Position numbers and translations under genes: made by a program. 64,000 nt of DNA, from positions 1 through 64,000 of IMG/VR virus record IMGVR_UViG_3300037258_000590; one strand, given 5' to 3'. Positions 33,455 to 45,100 of this stretch are shown in pieces. Within the stretch, counting starts at the first letter, position 1, and every line of letters begins with the position of its first letter. The notes under the pieces are model-generated. The model did not search any database, had not been told where the DNA came from, and saw only the letters and a program-made list of their open reading frames with translations.

Positions 33455-35608
33455 TTACTGCTGCGTGGTGATGGGGGTGAGCAGCGTGCTTTCCAGGCTG
33501 AGCAAGCCCGACAGGCTCTGGTTCAGGGTCTGGTACGGGGTGATGGATGCCTTCTGGGCGAAGTCGTCCCAGGAGTACGCCCCGGCAATGAAGGTCAGCG
33601 GGAACTGCGGGGTGACCTCGCCGCCGTAGCCGTAGTCGGTCAGGATCGGCCGGATGACGGTGCCGGCCTGGTCCGTGCCCGGGTCGATGGGCACGCCGCC
33701 GGCGTTGAGCAGCTGCCCGTACGCGGCGGATAGCGCGCCGGTGAATGACGCCCGCTGGTAGATGGCCAGGATGTAGTTCCCGACCGCCTGCGCCTGTGCC
33801 AGGCTCATCACGTCGGCGCTGGTCAGGTCGATGTAGGTTTCCAGTGGCCCGTGCAGTGCCACTGAGGCCGCGTCGGTGACGCTGGTGGTGCCGTAGGTTG
33901 CGGGCGCTCCGCTGCCGCTGCTGCTGGCGTCGGTGATCTGGTAGCGGATCCAGATGATGTTGAGGTCGCCGCCGAGCGTGCGGGCTACCGGGTCGGTGAC
34001 GATCAGCAGCCGGTTCACCGCGGTCGGCAGCGGGGCGACGGACAGGTCGGTGCCTAGTGAGCCGCCGGGCTGGCTGTTGGCGTACCAGCCTAGGCCGCCG
34101 CGGGTGCAGGCCAGGTTGAGCAGGTCGGAGATGGCCAGGCTGCCGGAGTCCTGCGGCTGGCCGAGCCAGATCCCCGAGGGCGTGCCTATACCCGGATTCG
34201 TCCAGGGCAGCCCGCGGGCAATGGCGGCATTGACGGACTCGTCGGGTTCCCCGGCGGGCCAGGTGCTGGTGTAGATAGCGCGGAAGTCCTGGCCGCGGTT
34301 ACCGTCGCCGACCGCGGTGACCTGGTAACCCGCGGAGGACGGGACCGGCTCGTCCATTTTCCCGGACCAGCACACGTGGCCGCCGCGGATCACCCGGACC
34401 TGCCACCCGGGGTTGAGAACCTGCGTCCGGTACGTCGCCGGGATCATCACGGTGGCCGTCAGCTGGTCCGCGCCGCCGGGATAGATGAAACTGTAGGTCA
34501 GGGCGGTGACGATTCCGAGCGTGCCAAGATACTGCCAGGACTTCGACCCCGGGGGTGCGGTCTGCACCTGGCTGCTGCCCGGATACGCGTACGGGCTGCC
34601 TATGCCGGCCGACCCCTGGACGGTGCCCCCGGTTCCGATGATCGACAAGGTGCCGGATCCGGACAGCGCCGCAGGCACCTTGAGGATGTAACCGGGGATG
34701 ATGAGGCTGCCCGTGCCTGACAGCGCTACTGACCTGAACCGCGTCGTAGTCCTGGCGCCGGTCAGGGTGCCCTCGCCGTCCAGGGTGGCGGATTCGCTGA
34801 TCGTGCCGATGACGCTGCCGGTCAGGATGCCGGTGCCCGACAGGACCGTAGCCTTGATGATCCGCGAGCCGGACCAGATCAGTGATCCGGATCCGGACAG
34901 GATGACGGCGCCGGCGAACGCCCCGGTTGCGGTGAGCGAGCCAGTTCCGCTCAGGGTCGCGGTACCGCTGTGCGTGGTGCTCGCCGTATACGTGAGGATG
35001 ATCTGGCCGGGGCCGCCGTTGCCCCCGATGTGGTTGACGGAACCGCCGGAGCCGCCGCCGCCGCCGCCGGAACCCGGTGAGCTGCCGTTGCTGCCCGAGG
35101 CCAGGCTGGTGCCGCCTGCTGCGCCAGTCGCTCCGTCCGGTGACCCGGCGGTGCCCCCCGTCGCGCCGCTGCCCGCGCCGCCCGCTCCCCCGCTGCCCGC
35201 TGACCCGCCGCCGCCGCCGCCCGCGACAGACGAACCGCCGCTGCCCGATGCGCCGGCGCCCCCGTTGAAATGCACGGCATTCGAGCTGCCCGTGCCGCCA
35301 GTCCCGCCGCTCTGGCCGGCGACGTCCTGGCCCGCATGCGCAGTGACAGACTGCGTGTCCCCGGTGAAGATCGATGCTGTACCCGTACCGCCGGCGCCGA
35401 TGCTGAATACGTAGTTGCTGCCGCCGGTCACCCCGACCGCTGTTTCCTGGGCGAACTCACCGCCCCCGCCGCCGCCGCCAGAATGCGAACCATGCTGGGA
35501 AGACCCGCCGCCGCCGCCTTCACCCCAGCATTGCACCTGAACGGAGGTGACGCCGGCTGGCGCGGTCCACGGGCTGGTGCTGGCCGGAGTGAGGGTGACG
35601 GTAGTCAT
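33455..35608 (-). CDS. Minor tail protein: Gly-rich N-terminal domain plus baseplate-hub-like C-terminal domain
   Basis: WTAPAGVTSVQVQCWGEGGGGG; LTYSF.YPGG..QL...; W.V...RG...W.G.MDEP. Confidence 0.8.
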   Translation of the reverse strand: MTTVTLTPASTSPWTAPAGVTSVQVQCWGEGGGGGSSQHGSHSGGGGGGGEFAQETAVGVTGGSNYVFSIGAGGTGTASIFTGDTQSVTAHAGQDVAGQSGGTGGTGSSNAVHFNGGAGASGSGGSSVAGGGGGGSAGSGGAGGAGSGATGGTAGSPDGATGAAGGTSLASGSNGSSPGSGGGGGGSGGSVNHIGGNGGPGQIILTYTASTTHSGTATLSGTGSLTATGAFAGAVILSGSGSLIWSGSRIIKATVLSGTGILTGSVIGTISESATLDGEGTLTGARTTTRFRSVALSGTGSLIIPGYILKVPAALSGSGTLSIIGTGGTVQGSAGIGSPYAYPGSSQVQTAPPGSKSWQYLGTLGIVTALTYSFIYPGGADQLTATVMIPATYRTQVLNPGWQVRVIRGGHVCWSGKMDEPVPSSAGYQVTAVGDGNRGQDFRAIYTSTWPAGEPDESVNAAIARGLPWTNPGIGTPSGIWLGQPQDSGSLAISDLLNLACTRGGLGWYANSQPGGSLGTDLSVAPLPTAVNRLLIVTDPVARTLGGDLNIIWIRYQITDASSSGSGAPATYGTTSVTDAASVALHGPLETYIDLTSADVMSLAQAQAVGNYILAIYQRASFTGALSAAYGQLLNAGGVPIDPGTDQAGTVIRPILTDYGYGGEVTPQFPLTFIAGAYSWDDFAQKASITPYQTLNQSLSGLLSLESTLLTPITTQQ

Positions 35609-35655
35609 CAGGGGCGCCCTGCAGGCAGTTCATGATCGTCTTCTAGGCTCTGGGC

Positions 35656-35901
35656 ATGAATGACCTGGACCGGCTGGAGGCGCTGCTTGAACGCCGGGGT
35701 GTCTTGCTCGGGGCGGCCACCGGGTTGCTGCGGGCGGCGATACGAGATGGCCGGCCGTTCACCCGCCGTGAGCAGGAAGCCTGGGATTACGCTTGCGGCA
35801 AGATTGACGAGCTGGGGCGCCAGTTCAGCGTGCTGGCGGCCGGTCTTGCTGCACGCAGGTACTGCCCGCGTCCTTCGTTCACTGAGCGCGCGCCCCGGTG
35901 A
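35656..35901 (+). CDS. Small hypothetical protein, antisense within the tail operon
   Basis: 81 aa helical ORF filling the gap between two minus-strand tail genes. Confidence 0.55.
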   Translation: MNDLDRLEALLERRGVLLGAATGLLRAAIRDGRPFTRREQEAWDYACGKIDELGRQFSVLAAGLAARRYCPRPSFTERAPR

Positions 35902-35905
35902 CCTG

Positions 35906-35945
35906 CTAGGCGAAGCGATCATAGAACCGCAGTCGGCGAGTACGC
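35906..35945 (-). other. Relic duplicate of the 3' end of the 35991 gene (..FYDRFA*)
   Basis: TTC TAT GAT CGC TTC GCC TAG versus functional TTT TAT GAT AGA TTC CAG TAG. Confidence 0.55.
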
Positions 35946-35990
35946 GTATCTGGGCGTAGACCTAGTTCAAGCTTTCGAATTATGGGCTGC

Positions 35991-38900
35991 CTACTGGAAT
36001 CTATCATAAAACCATCTTGGATAGTAGCTGACGGCGATGACCGGGGCGCTGCCGTCCGCCGAGTAAGCGAACAGCTGGTTGTCGCCGTCCGCAGGCTCGA
36101 CCGCCAACGGGCCGCCAGAGACCAGCGAGTTGTCCAGCACGCTGATCGCGTCCGGACGGCCGCCGTTGCTGCCGAGGATGTAACCCAGGGACAGGTTGGG
36201 CTGCGGCTCGTCAATGAAGTAATTGATGTAGCCGGTCGTCGGTTCGTTCACCACGACCGTCTGACCCTGCGTGTCCAGGAAAACACAATCGGAAAATCGG
36301 TCTGACGTGCTGGTATCTAGTGGAGTAACTGTATAGTAGCTACCGGTGTTATCGGGAGCGACGGCCTTGACCGGGAGCGTGAGGACGCCCGCGGTGATCA
36401 CGCCGTTGGTGATCTGGGCTGGCGTGACCGTGACCGGGAGCGTGCTGACGCTGTATTTCGGGCCGCCGCTGTACTCGTACTGGTTGACGGTGAGGGTGAT
36501 CGTCCGCGTTCCGCTGCCTGAAAGCGAGGACGCGATCAGGTAGATGGTGTAGGTGCCGCCGAAGTCGGCGTTGAGCCCCGTCACCGGCTGCGGCATCCGG
36601 TACTCGTGCGTGCCGTCCGGAGCGTCGCTGCCGCCGCCGACACTGACCAGCGGCTGGAAGGTCTTGACCGCGCCGAGCGGCGGCCGGTGCGCGATGAGGT
36701 TCTTGAACGGCGCGGACGCGAACGGGGTGATGATGATCTGCCCGGCGCCGCCCGCCCCGCCCGCCTGGGAGACGGTGCTCATGTCCGCGCCGCCGCCGCC
36801 GCCGCCCGGCTGCGAGCCGGCTGAACCGGTCGTGTTCCCCGATGCGCCGCCCGCGCCGCCCGCGCCGCCTCCTGCTACCGCCGCCGCGCCGTTGTTGGTC
36901 GGCGACCCGCCCGGGTAGGTCAGGCGTACCCGGCCGGCTGCCCCCGCGCCGCTGTCGACCGAGGAGAACGTGCCGCCGCCGCCGCCGCCCGGGGCCTGCC
37001 CGGCGGTGCCGGCCGAGCTGCTGACCCCTGATCCGGCGCCGCCGCCGCCGCCGTCTGCCGGGGGTGAGCCGGGCGACCCGTAACCGTTGCCGGCGTTACC
37101 GCGGGTGGCTGACCCGGCCGACGAGCCGCCGCCGCCGCTGTACGGGTAGGCTGAGCCGCCTTGGCCGCCATCGAAGTGCGTGCTCGATGAGCTGCCTGTA
37201 CCGCCGGCGCCGTTGCCGCCGGAGAACGCGGCGTGCCCGGCCTGGCCGCCGTGCGCGGTGACCGTTACGCTGTCCCCGGCGAACACGGAGCTGGCGCCCG
37301 CGTTCCCGCTGGAGTTTCCCGATGACGTGCCCGCCCCGCCGGCGCCGACGACCGGTGCGTAGGTGTTCCCGGGCGTGACCGCGACGAGCGCCGCCGCGTA
37401 CTCGCCGCCGCCGCCGCCCGCGCCGTTGGTGGAGACCCCGCCGGATCCTCCTGAGCCGCCTGCGCCCCAGCATTCGGCGAGGACCTGGGTGACCCCGGCC
37501 GGGCACACCCAGCTATCGGTGCCAGCCGCGGTGAACAGGACCGCCGCGGTGCCCATGGGTGACTGGCCAGGGCTGCCCGTGCCGCCGGAGGAGCCGCCCC
37601 CGCCGCCGACCGAGCCTGAGGCAGTCCGCCCGGCACCGCCCGGATTGGACACGCTGTTCACGCTTCCGCCGCCGGCGGCGCCGCCCGTGATGCTGTTCTG
37701 GGCCGCCGACTTGCCGCCGTTGGCCTGCACCACCAGGGAGCCGGCCGGACCCGGGCCGAAGGTAGTGCCGCCGCCGTCTGCGGGTGCCGCCCCGGGCGTG
37801 CCGCCAGGCCCGACGTTGTACGGGACGACCTGGCCGGCCTGCGCCGGGAAGATGTCCTCACGGGCGTACTCGCCGCCGCCCCCGCCCCCGCCGTCGCCCG
37901 CGGTGGTCCGGGACGCTCCGGCCCCCCCTGCGCCCCAGGTCTCTACCTTGAGCCACGCGGTGGCGGCCGGGACGGTGTAGTTCCCGGCTCCGGTCGCGGT
38001 GATCGTGGTCGGCGTGCCAGGGCTGGGCGGCTGCTGGAAGGACATGCTGACCGGGGCCCGCGCGGTACCGAGCAGCCCGTACAAGGTGTACAGGTTCCCC
38101 CGGGTAACCGGCGTGACGGTCTGGGTGGACGGCTGTGCGGTCAGCGAGTCGAGGTAGGCCGTCACCCAGGACAGCCGCGAGATCCCGCGGTCCTGCCGGT
38201 TGGTGATGGTCAGCGTGTAGCTGGCGACCGCGTTGTATGAGAACAGCGGGTTGAACGCCGGGAACGGGACGCTGATCCGGCTGAATACCGGGGCTTGCGC
38301 GACCGGGGTGACCGACATGCGCAGGTAATCCCGCGACAGTGAGAGCGTGGCGCCGCTGGTGTCGGTCAGGGTGATCGCGATGCCGGTGCCGTGGATCCGG
38401 CCGGGGTATTCCAGCTGCGGGTAATACCGGCTGCCGAGGCCGAACCAGAATTGCAGCGAGGCCATCGAGGCCAGGTTCAGCGGGGTGGTGAACTTGGCGG
38501 TGTAGCTCAGCGGGGTGACCTGGCCGCCGGGATCCCCGAAGCTGTCCGGGTCCCACAAGGCGGTGAACGGCCCGACGACGCACTGCGTAGACTGGCTGAA
38601 CTGCGGCCCGGAGATGGTGGCGTAGGTGTCCAGGGTGACCGGTGCGGGCGGCGGCGGCGGGGTCGGAGTCTGCGGTACGGCCCCGGTGAACGCGGGCGTG
38701 AACTGGGTGTCGCTGCGCCCGTAGGGCAGCGCGGGGATCGTCAGCGTGATGCGCATGACGCCGCCGTGCTGCTCGCTGAGCGGGTCATAGACCGGCTTGC
38801 TCGGCTGGGCCCGGAAGCAGTCCAGCAGCAGCGGCAGCCGGGTTCCCGCACCCGGGTCGCGAGTCCAGGTCAGTGTCCACACGTCCTGGTCGATGACCTG

Positions 38901-39194
38901 GGCGAGAACTTCTCGCGCCGCGGCCAGCAGCTGACGCTGAGCGGTCCCCGCCACGCCTGGCGTGGTAATCTGCACGGGTAGAACTACAGTTCGATTTGAG
39001 GCCCTGCGCCCGAAAGGCCTCTCTCCGTCCAACAGTAGTGACGCTACGTAATCAGAGGTGGGCTGCCCGGCTCCCAGGTCCATCCCGGGGGCGTAGTCGA
39101 TCTTGAACATCGCCCCGGCGCACGCGGGGATCTGCGAGATGACACCGCCGCCCATCAGTTCAATGAGGTTGCCGAGTACGAGAGAATCGGCCAT
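35991..39194 (-). CDS. Distal-tail-like minor tail protein with inserted Gly-rich domains (1067 aa)
   Basis: Directly after TMP; SNRTVVLPVQI, LLLDCFRAQP, L..PALPYGRS; two copies of the W..PA..T.L..E.WGAGG.G Gly-rich domain. Confidence 0.8.
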   Translation of the reverse strand: MADSLVLGNLIELMGGGVISQIPACAGAMFKIDYAPGMDLGAGQPTSDYVASLLLDGERPFGRRASNRTVVLPVQITTPGVAGTAQRQLLAAAREVLAQVIDQDVWTLTWTRDPGAGTRLPLLLDCFRAQPSKPVYDPLSEQHGGVMRITLTIPALPYGRSDTQFTPAFTGAVPQTPTPPPPPAPVTLDTYATISGPQFSQSTQCVVGPFTALWDPDSFGDPGGQVTPLSYTAKFTTPLNLASMASLQFWFGLGSRYYPQLEYPGRIHGTGIAITLTDTSGATLSLSRDYLRMSVTPVAQAPVFSRISVPFPAFNPLFSYNAVASYTLTITNRQDRGISRLSWVTAYLDSLTAQPSTQTVTPVTRGNLYTLYGLLGTARAPVSMSFQQPPSPGTPTTITATGAGNYTVPAATAWLKVETWGAGGAGASRTTAGDGGGGGGGEYAREDIFPAQAGQVVPYNVGPGGTPGAAPADGGGTTFGPGPAGSLVVQANGGKSAAQNSITGGAAGGGSVNSVSNPGGAGRTASGSVGGGGGSSGGTGSPGQSPMGTAAVLFTAAGTDSWVCPAGVTQVLAECWGAGGSGGSGGVSTNGAGGGGGEYAAALVAVTPGNTYAPVVGAGGAGTSSGNSSGNAGASSVFAGDSVTVTAHGGQAGHAAFSGGNGAGGTGSSSSTHFDGGQGGSAYPYSGGGGSSAGSATRGNAGNGYGSPGSPPADGGGGGAGSGVSSSAGTAGQAPGGGGGGTFSSVDSGAGAAGRVRLTYPGGSPTNNGAAAVAGGGAGGAGGASGNTTGSAGSQPGGGGGGADMSTVSQAGGAGGAGQIIITPFASAPFKNLIAHRPPLGAVKTFQPLVSVGGGSDAPDGTHEYRMPQPVTGLNADFGGTYTIYLIASSLSGSGTRTITLTVNQYEYSGGPKYSVSTLPVTVTPAQITNGVITAGVLTLPVKAVAPDNTGSYYTVTPLDTSTSDRFSDCVFLDTQGQTVVVNEPTTGYINYFIDEPQPNLSLGYILGSNGGRPDAISVLDNSLVSGGPLAVEPADGDNQLFAYSADGSAPVIAVSYYPRWFYDRFQ

Positions 39195-42100
39195 CAGAAG
39201 CCGCCTCGCGGGTAGCGCGCCCGGAACGACGCGCCGGCGGCAGCCCCGTTTACCGCTTCGGCGACGTGCGCCCCGGTCCGGGCCGGGCCCGCGGCAGTGA
39301 CGTTGGTCAGGTTGCTCAGCTGGCTGCGCAGGGCGCGCAGCTCGGCCACGATGTCCGCGGAACCTGCGGCGGTGCTGTCCTTGATAGCAGGGCCGACCGG
39401 CTCAGGGCGCCCGGTGCCGTTCCAGATCGGCGGGTTCCAGCCGGGCGCCAGGTATCCGCCCCGGTCCATGACCAGGCCGCCTTGAGCCTTTGACAGGCTG
39501 GCCAGCGTGTTGAGCTTGCTTACCAGCGTGCTGACCGGGACGGGTTCGCCCTTGGTCAGCGCCTGATCGTGGGCGGTCACCAGCTCCTGGCGGACCTTCG
39601 TATTCAGCTTGGACTTGTTCGCGCTGGTCAGGCTGCCTGCGGCCACGTGATACGAAGCCACTTCAGCCGCCTGGCGCGCCGCGAGCGTGCTCAGTTCACC
39701 GGTGATCGACGTCTTGTCGTTGGCCAGGAAGCTGCCTTTGGCCGGATTGGCCAGTGCTGACTTGTAGATCCTGGTCAGCGTGCTGTACGCGTTCACCATG
39801 CTGGCTTGTGCGGCAGCCAGGGTGCGCGCGCTGCCGGACCCCGCTCCTGATCCGGCTCCTGATCCGGATCCGCCGGAGCTGCCGCTGCCCGACGTGGCGC
39901 CCGCGAGATCTGCTGCGGTGATCGAGAAGTTCCGGACGCCGAGCTGCTTGAGCAGGGTCTCGGTAGCCGCGATGTCGGTGGTGTCCTTGGCCTTCTGGTA
40001 CGTCAGCAGCAGCTGGTCCAGGTGCGTGATCGTGCCTAGCCGGGAGGTCCAGGAGTTGTCACCCCAGTGCGTGAGCAGTGAGTTCGCCTGAGTAGCTGTC
40101 GCCATGCTGTTCTTGGTGACATAGGTCTTCATCAGCTGCTCGACCTTGGTGCGGGCCGCGGCGCGGGCAGAATCGCCCTTGGCCGCGGTCTGGACCTTCC
40201 ATTCTTTGACCCCGTAGTGCGACAGCAGTTTCTCGGCCGCCTTCTCGCCCGGCTTGTCCTTTTTCTTCTGTGCCGTGACCAGCAGGTTGTCCAGGAACAT
40301 GATCTGGCTCAGCGTGCTGTCGTATGATTTGTCGCCGAGGTAGTCCAAGGTGGTGACGGCCTGCCCCATCTGCACCAGGTCGTTGTGCGCGATGTAGCTG
40401 CGCATCAGCCGTTCCACGACAGCCGCCGCGGCCTTCTGCACGACATTCGGCCCGGCTGGCTTGGCGGGCGCCGTCGTGCCGGTCCCGGTACCCGTGCCGG
40501 ACCCGGCACCGGAAGTGCCCGTGTCTGAGGTGCCCGCGCTCGTGCCGGATGTGTCGATGGTGGCGGGCAGCCCCAGGTCGGACCGGGTGAGCCCGAAACC
40601 TCCGCCGGATGGCTGCAGGCTGCCTGTGCTGCCGGTGCCGCCTGCGCCAGCGGTTCCCAGGAGCTGGGTGAGCAGCTGCTGGAGCCAGCCTGTTCCGCCC
40701 AGCAGGAGGAAGGACAGCAGGTTCTCCCATGAGAAACCCCCGGCGCCCGGGAAGCTGCTGGCAGGACCTTGCGTGTTGCCGCCTCCGTGGTCTGACGGCG
40801 GCCCTGGTACCGGGCCGGAACCAGGAGGGCCCGGCACCGGTCCGCCGTACGGCTGCATCATTCCGGCCGGGAAGCCCAGCCCTCGGGTGACCGGCCCGAT
40901 CAGGCCGCCGTCGCGGTACCAGCCGTAAGCCTGCTCGTGCTGCTCAGCAGCGATCGGATCCCCGTATCTCGCGGCGATGTAGTTGCACATGGCCGTGGCC
41001 TGGCCGGCGTAGGTATCAGCGCTGCCGCCCCATTGCGCGTACTCGCTCGCCCCTTGGATGAATTGCGCCATGCCATAGGCCCCTGAACTGGGGTTTGTCG
41101 CCGTCAGGCTGTAACCGGCCTCACGTAGTTCGACAGCGTTCAGCGCGTTCCACTCCGCGGTGCTGGTCCAGCCGTGCTTCGCCGCCGCCGCCTTCAGCGC
41201 TGCCACGCCGCTGGCGTTCGACACTCCGGCGGCTGTTGCCGCTGCTGCGGACGCCGCTGCGGAGGATTCCGCTGATTTCAGCGCTGACTTCATGGCTGTG
41301 GTCATGGCTGTGGTCATGGCGGACTGGAACTGGTTATAGGAACTGACGGCGTACTGGCCGGACAGCACCGAGGTGTCCCCGGCCTGGACCAGGCCCCCGC
41401 TTGCGAACCCGGGCATCCCGCCCGCGGCGAACGCGCCGGCGTTGATCCGGTCCAGGACCGGCTTGCCGTACTTGGCCACCGAACTGGCTTTGACGATGTA
41501 CTCGCCTCGGGAGACCATCACCGGCACATCGTCAGCAGTCCCGGACGTCCCGCTGGATATCATGCCGCCGGCCGCGTTGCCGGGCCGGCCGCCGGTCGGG
41601 GTGCCGCCCGCATGCCCGGAAGTCCCCTGGGTGATGGTGAACGACCCGGTGCCCTCCATCACGATTTCCAGGGCGGCCTTGGCCGGGATGCCCGCGACCT
41701 TGGCGATCATCGCGGCGATCTGGCTGGTGGTGTCCCCGGCGGCCCGGCCGGTCTGGATCAGGTCGTTGATAAGCGTCGTCCGGGCAGCCTGGGCGTTATC
41801 AGAATCACGGCCGGACTGAGCGATGGCGTTACCGTAATTGGTAGCCGCGGTCTGGACGTTGCTGTATTTCAGGATGGCCTGGTTGATGTCACCGATCAGG
41901 GTGCTGGAAATGTAATCGCCCTGAGCGTGCATCGCCCCGGTCAGCAGCGCTTCCTGGGTGGTGGCGTCGTTGGTGACGTTCTTGACCCCCTGGATGGCGT
42001 TCTTGGTGTTACCCAGCCAGCCGACCAGGGCCTTCATCGAGACCGGCCCCTGGTAGCCGGCCTGCTCAGCGAGCGCGACCAGCTGGGCGGTGGCCTCCTG

Positions 42101-45100
42101 GGACCCGGCGGCGTACTTGGTCAGCGGCGCGATCGAGTCCTTGACCCCTTGCGTGAACTCGTTTCCGGCGATGCCCGCGGTGCGCCAGGTCTCGTACAGC
42201 GCGCTGGTGTTGGAGACCTGCTGCGTGAAGGCCTGGTTCAGGTTGAGCCCGCTCACGGACAGGGAGTCGATCGCGGCCTTGACCTGAGTGCCCTTGACGG
42301 ACAGGTCACCCAGCCGCAGGGTAAATTTGGCGCCGTCCGTGCCCAGGGTCTGCAGTCCCTGATCGAAGGTGTCGAAAGCGCCCTGGCTGCCCGTGACGTC
42401 GGAGATGAACTGGCTCCACGCCGTGTTCAGTTTCTGCGTCGCGGAGTACTGCGCTGTCTCGGTGCGGCCGAGCGCGTCCAGGTCATTGCCGAGCGTCCCG
42501 GTCTGGCTGCCCAGCAGCCTGTAAGCCTGGGTCGTGGCGCTGACCTGGATCAGGGTCGTCGCCCAGTGCTGGCTGTTCGTGTCCAGCAGCTGGGCGGTCG
42601 TGATCCCGGCTGCGTTGAGGGCACCCAGCGCCGCGGTGTTGCTGCCGTAAGTCTGAGCGAGCCCGGCGATCCGGTCACTGACCATCTGGGCCTGAGTATT
42701 GAGCTTCTGCTGTCCGGTCGTGTACTGCGCGACATTACTGGTGGCGGACTGCAGAGCCTGGCTGGTAACCGCGATACCTCGCTGGTAAGTCACGGTCATC
42801 GACGTGCCCTGGTTCGTCACCTGATTGAGCTTCGCCTGCGCTGTAGCCAGCTGAGCAGCGGTAGCGGCCTGGGACTTCTGGATAGTGGTGGCGACATTGG
42901 ACAGCTGAGCATTAGCAATGGTTTGCTGCATGCTCGCGTTGAACTGCTGCGCCGCACTCCTGGAAGAATTAAGCCAGTACACGAGAGCGCCGAGAGCAAT
43001 CGCGGCAGCTCCGACCCATACAAGCGGGTCAATAGCCGCCAGCGGGGCTACCGCCGCCCCGAAGGTCGCCGCGGCTCCGTCCGCAGCCAGCATTGATTCC
43101 GCCCACGCAGCGATAGCCAGCCCGATGTCAGCCAGCTTGGACCCGAATTTGGATAGCGCGCCCAAAGCGCCGACCAGAGAGCTGGTGCCGAACGTGATAA
43201 AAGCCTTGCCGAGATTGATGACCCCGGCGGCTAGCCCGATCATGGCCGACACGGCCAGCCCGGAATACAGGATGGCACCGTGCAGTTTCAGGCCGAAGTT
43301 GATGATCGGCTCTGCGGCCTGAGTGAACACTTCGATAACGTGCAGGATGCTGTCACCGACAGACAGCAGGATCTGCGCGTACCCGGGGACGGCCTTGAGC
43401 AGGTTACCGAGAATGCCGAAGAAATTGCCGACTGAATCACCCAGCTTGGCGAAATCAGGGGCCAGTCCCTGGGCGAACTTTGAGATTCCCTGACCCTGGG
43501 TGGTGGCGTAGACGAACCGCGCGCCGAGCTGGTCCAGCGCGGCACCGGTTGCCTTTGCTACGACCTGGAAAGCTCCGGTGTTGTGTTCCATTTCCACCAG
43601 GCCCTCACCGAACAGCTGGAATACCTCCGGCTTGACGGCGGCTTCCAGCTGCTGGAAATCGTTAGTCAGCGGGGCAATGGACTGCCCGGTGGCGTGGCTG
43701 ACGATCTCGATATTCTGGAATTGCGTGGCGATCTGCTTGGCCGTGACCGCCGCCGCCAGCCCGAAAGCACTCAGCGCGATGGCTGCCGGGATCCAGACCG
43801 CAGCGATCTCGATGCCCGCATCGGCCAGGACGTGCAGCGCGCCGACCTCAGCCAGGGCTTTGGGCAAGATACCGTCCAGCGCGCCGCCGAACAGCCGGAT
43901 GTTACCGGTCAGCAGCCCGTATACGCCGGCGTAGTTCCGCTCGCCCCGGGCGAACAGGCTGAAAGCATCGTCAGCGTTCCTGGCGGCGGGGACCAGGTTT
44001 TTCGTTGCGGCTTCCAGGCCCAGCAGTTGCGCTTCGGCGGTCGCAACCCCGGCGGTGCTGACGTTGACCCGCAGCCGGCTCAGGGACGCGTTCAGCCTGG
44101 CCGCGCTGGCCTGCAGGGCCGCTATTTTCGCTACTGCGTCAGCGGTGTCCGCGTTAGCCCGCATGGAACTGAGCCGCCCGGCCAGCGCGGCGACCTGATC
44201 TCGCAGGTAGGCCAGCTGCAGCAGTGCCTCGCGGTCATCCGCGGAAACCGGGATCGTAACGGGGGTCCTGGTCAGTTTCTCCGTTGCGGCCGCTACCCCG
44301 AGAAACTGTGCCTCGGCACGTGCAACGCCAGAGGAATCTATGTTGACCTGAAGATTGGCCATCATCTTGGCCAGCGCGGCCATCCGGGCTTGCAGTGCGG
44401 CTACGCTTGCCTGCGCGGCTGTGGTATTCGCATTCGCGCGCAAGTTTCTCAGCGTCGCGGACAAGGCACCTGCGCTTACCTGCAGCCTGGCCAGATCGGC
44501 TAGTGCCGCCTGGTCCCCCGCGGAAACCGGAACCTTGACCTGGGCAGCGTTCAGCCTCTCGGTCACTGCTTCCAGGCCGAGCAGCTGCGCGTCAGCAGCG
44601 GCCAGTTTCGCCAGGTCGACACCAGAACCGAGCTTGATGTCGGAAGCCTGCTGTTTCAAGGCGGCCAGTCTTGCGATAGACGCATCGATCGCGGCATTGA
44701 ACGCCTTAGAATCAGCGGCCAGCTTGACCGCCTGCGCATTGCTGCCCAGGACTTTGAGCTGTGCCTCGATTGCGTAAATCTTGGTCAGGGCGGCCGTTAT
44801 ATCGACATCCGCGTCAAGCGTGTCCAGCCGGACGTACAGATCTGCCGCTTGCTTCTGCAGGCCGGCGATCCTGGCAGCGGCGGCCGTGGTGTCAGCGTCG
44901 GCCTGCAGGCTGGACATGCGCTGCCGCAACGTAGTCAGCTTGGCGTTCTCGGCGGCGATCGCCGCGTCCAGCTGGCTGGTATCCGCGTTCATCCGCACCG
45001 ATGCGCTGCTGCGGGCCAGCGCAGTCAGCTTGGCCTGCAGCCGGGCAACAGCCGCTTCAGCAGCTTTGTCGTCAGCCCCGAACCGCAGCTTCGACAGGGT

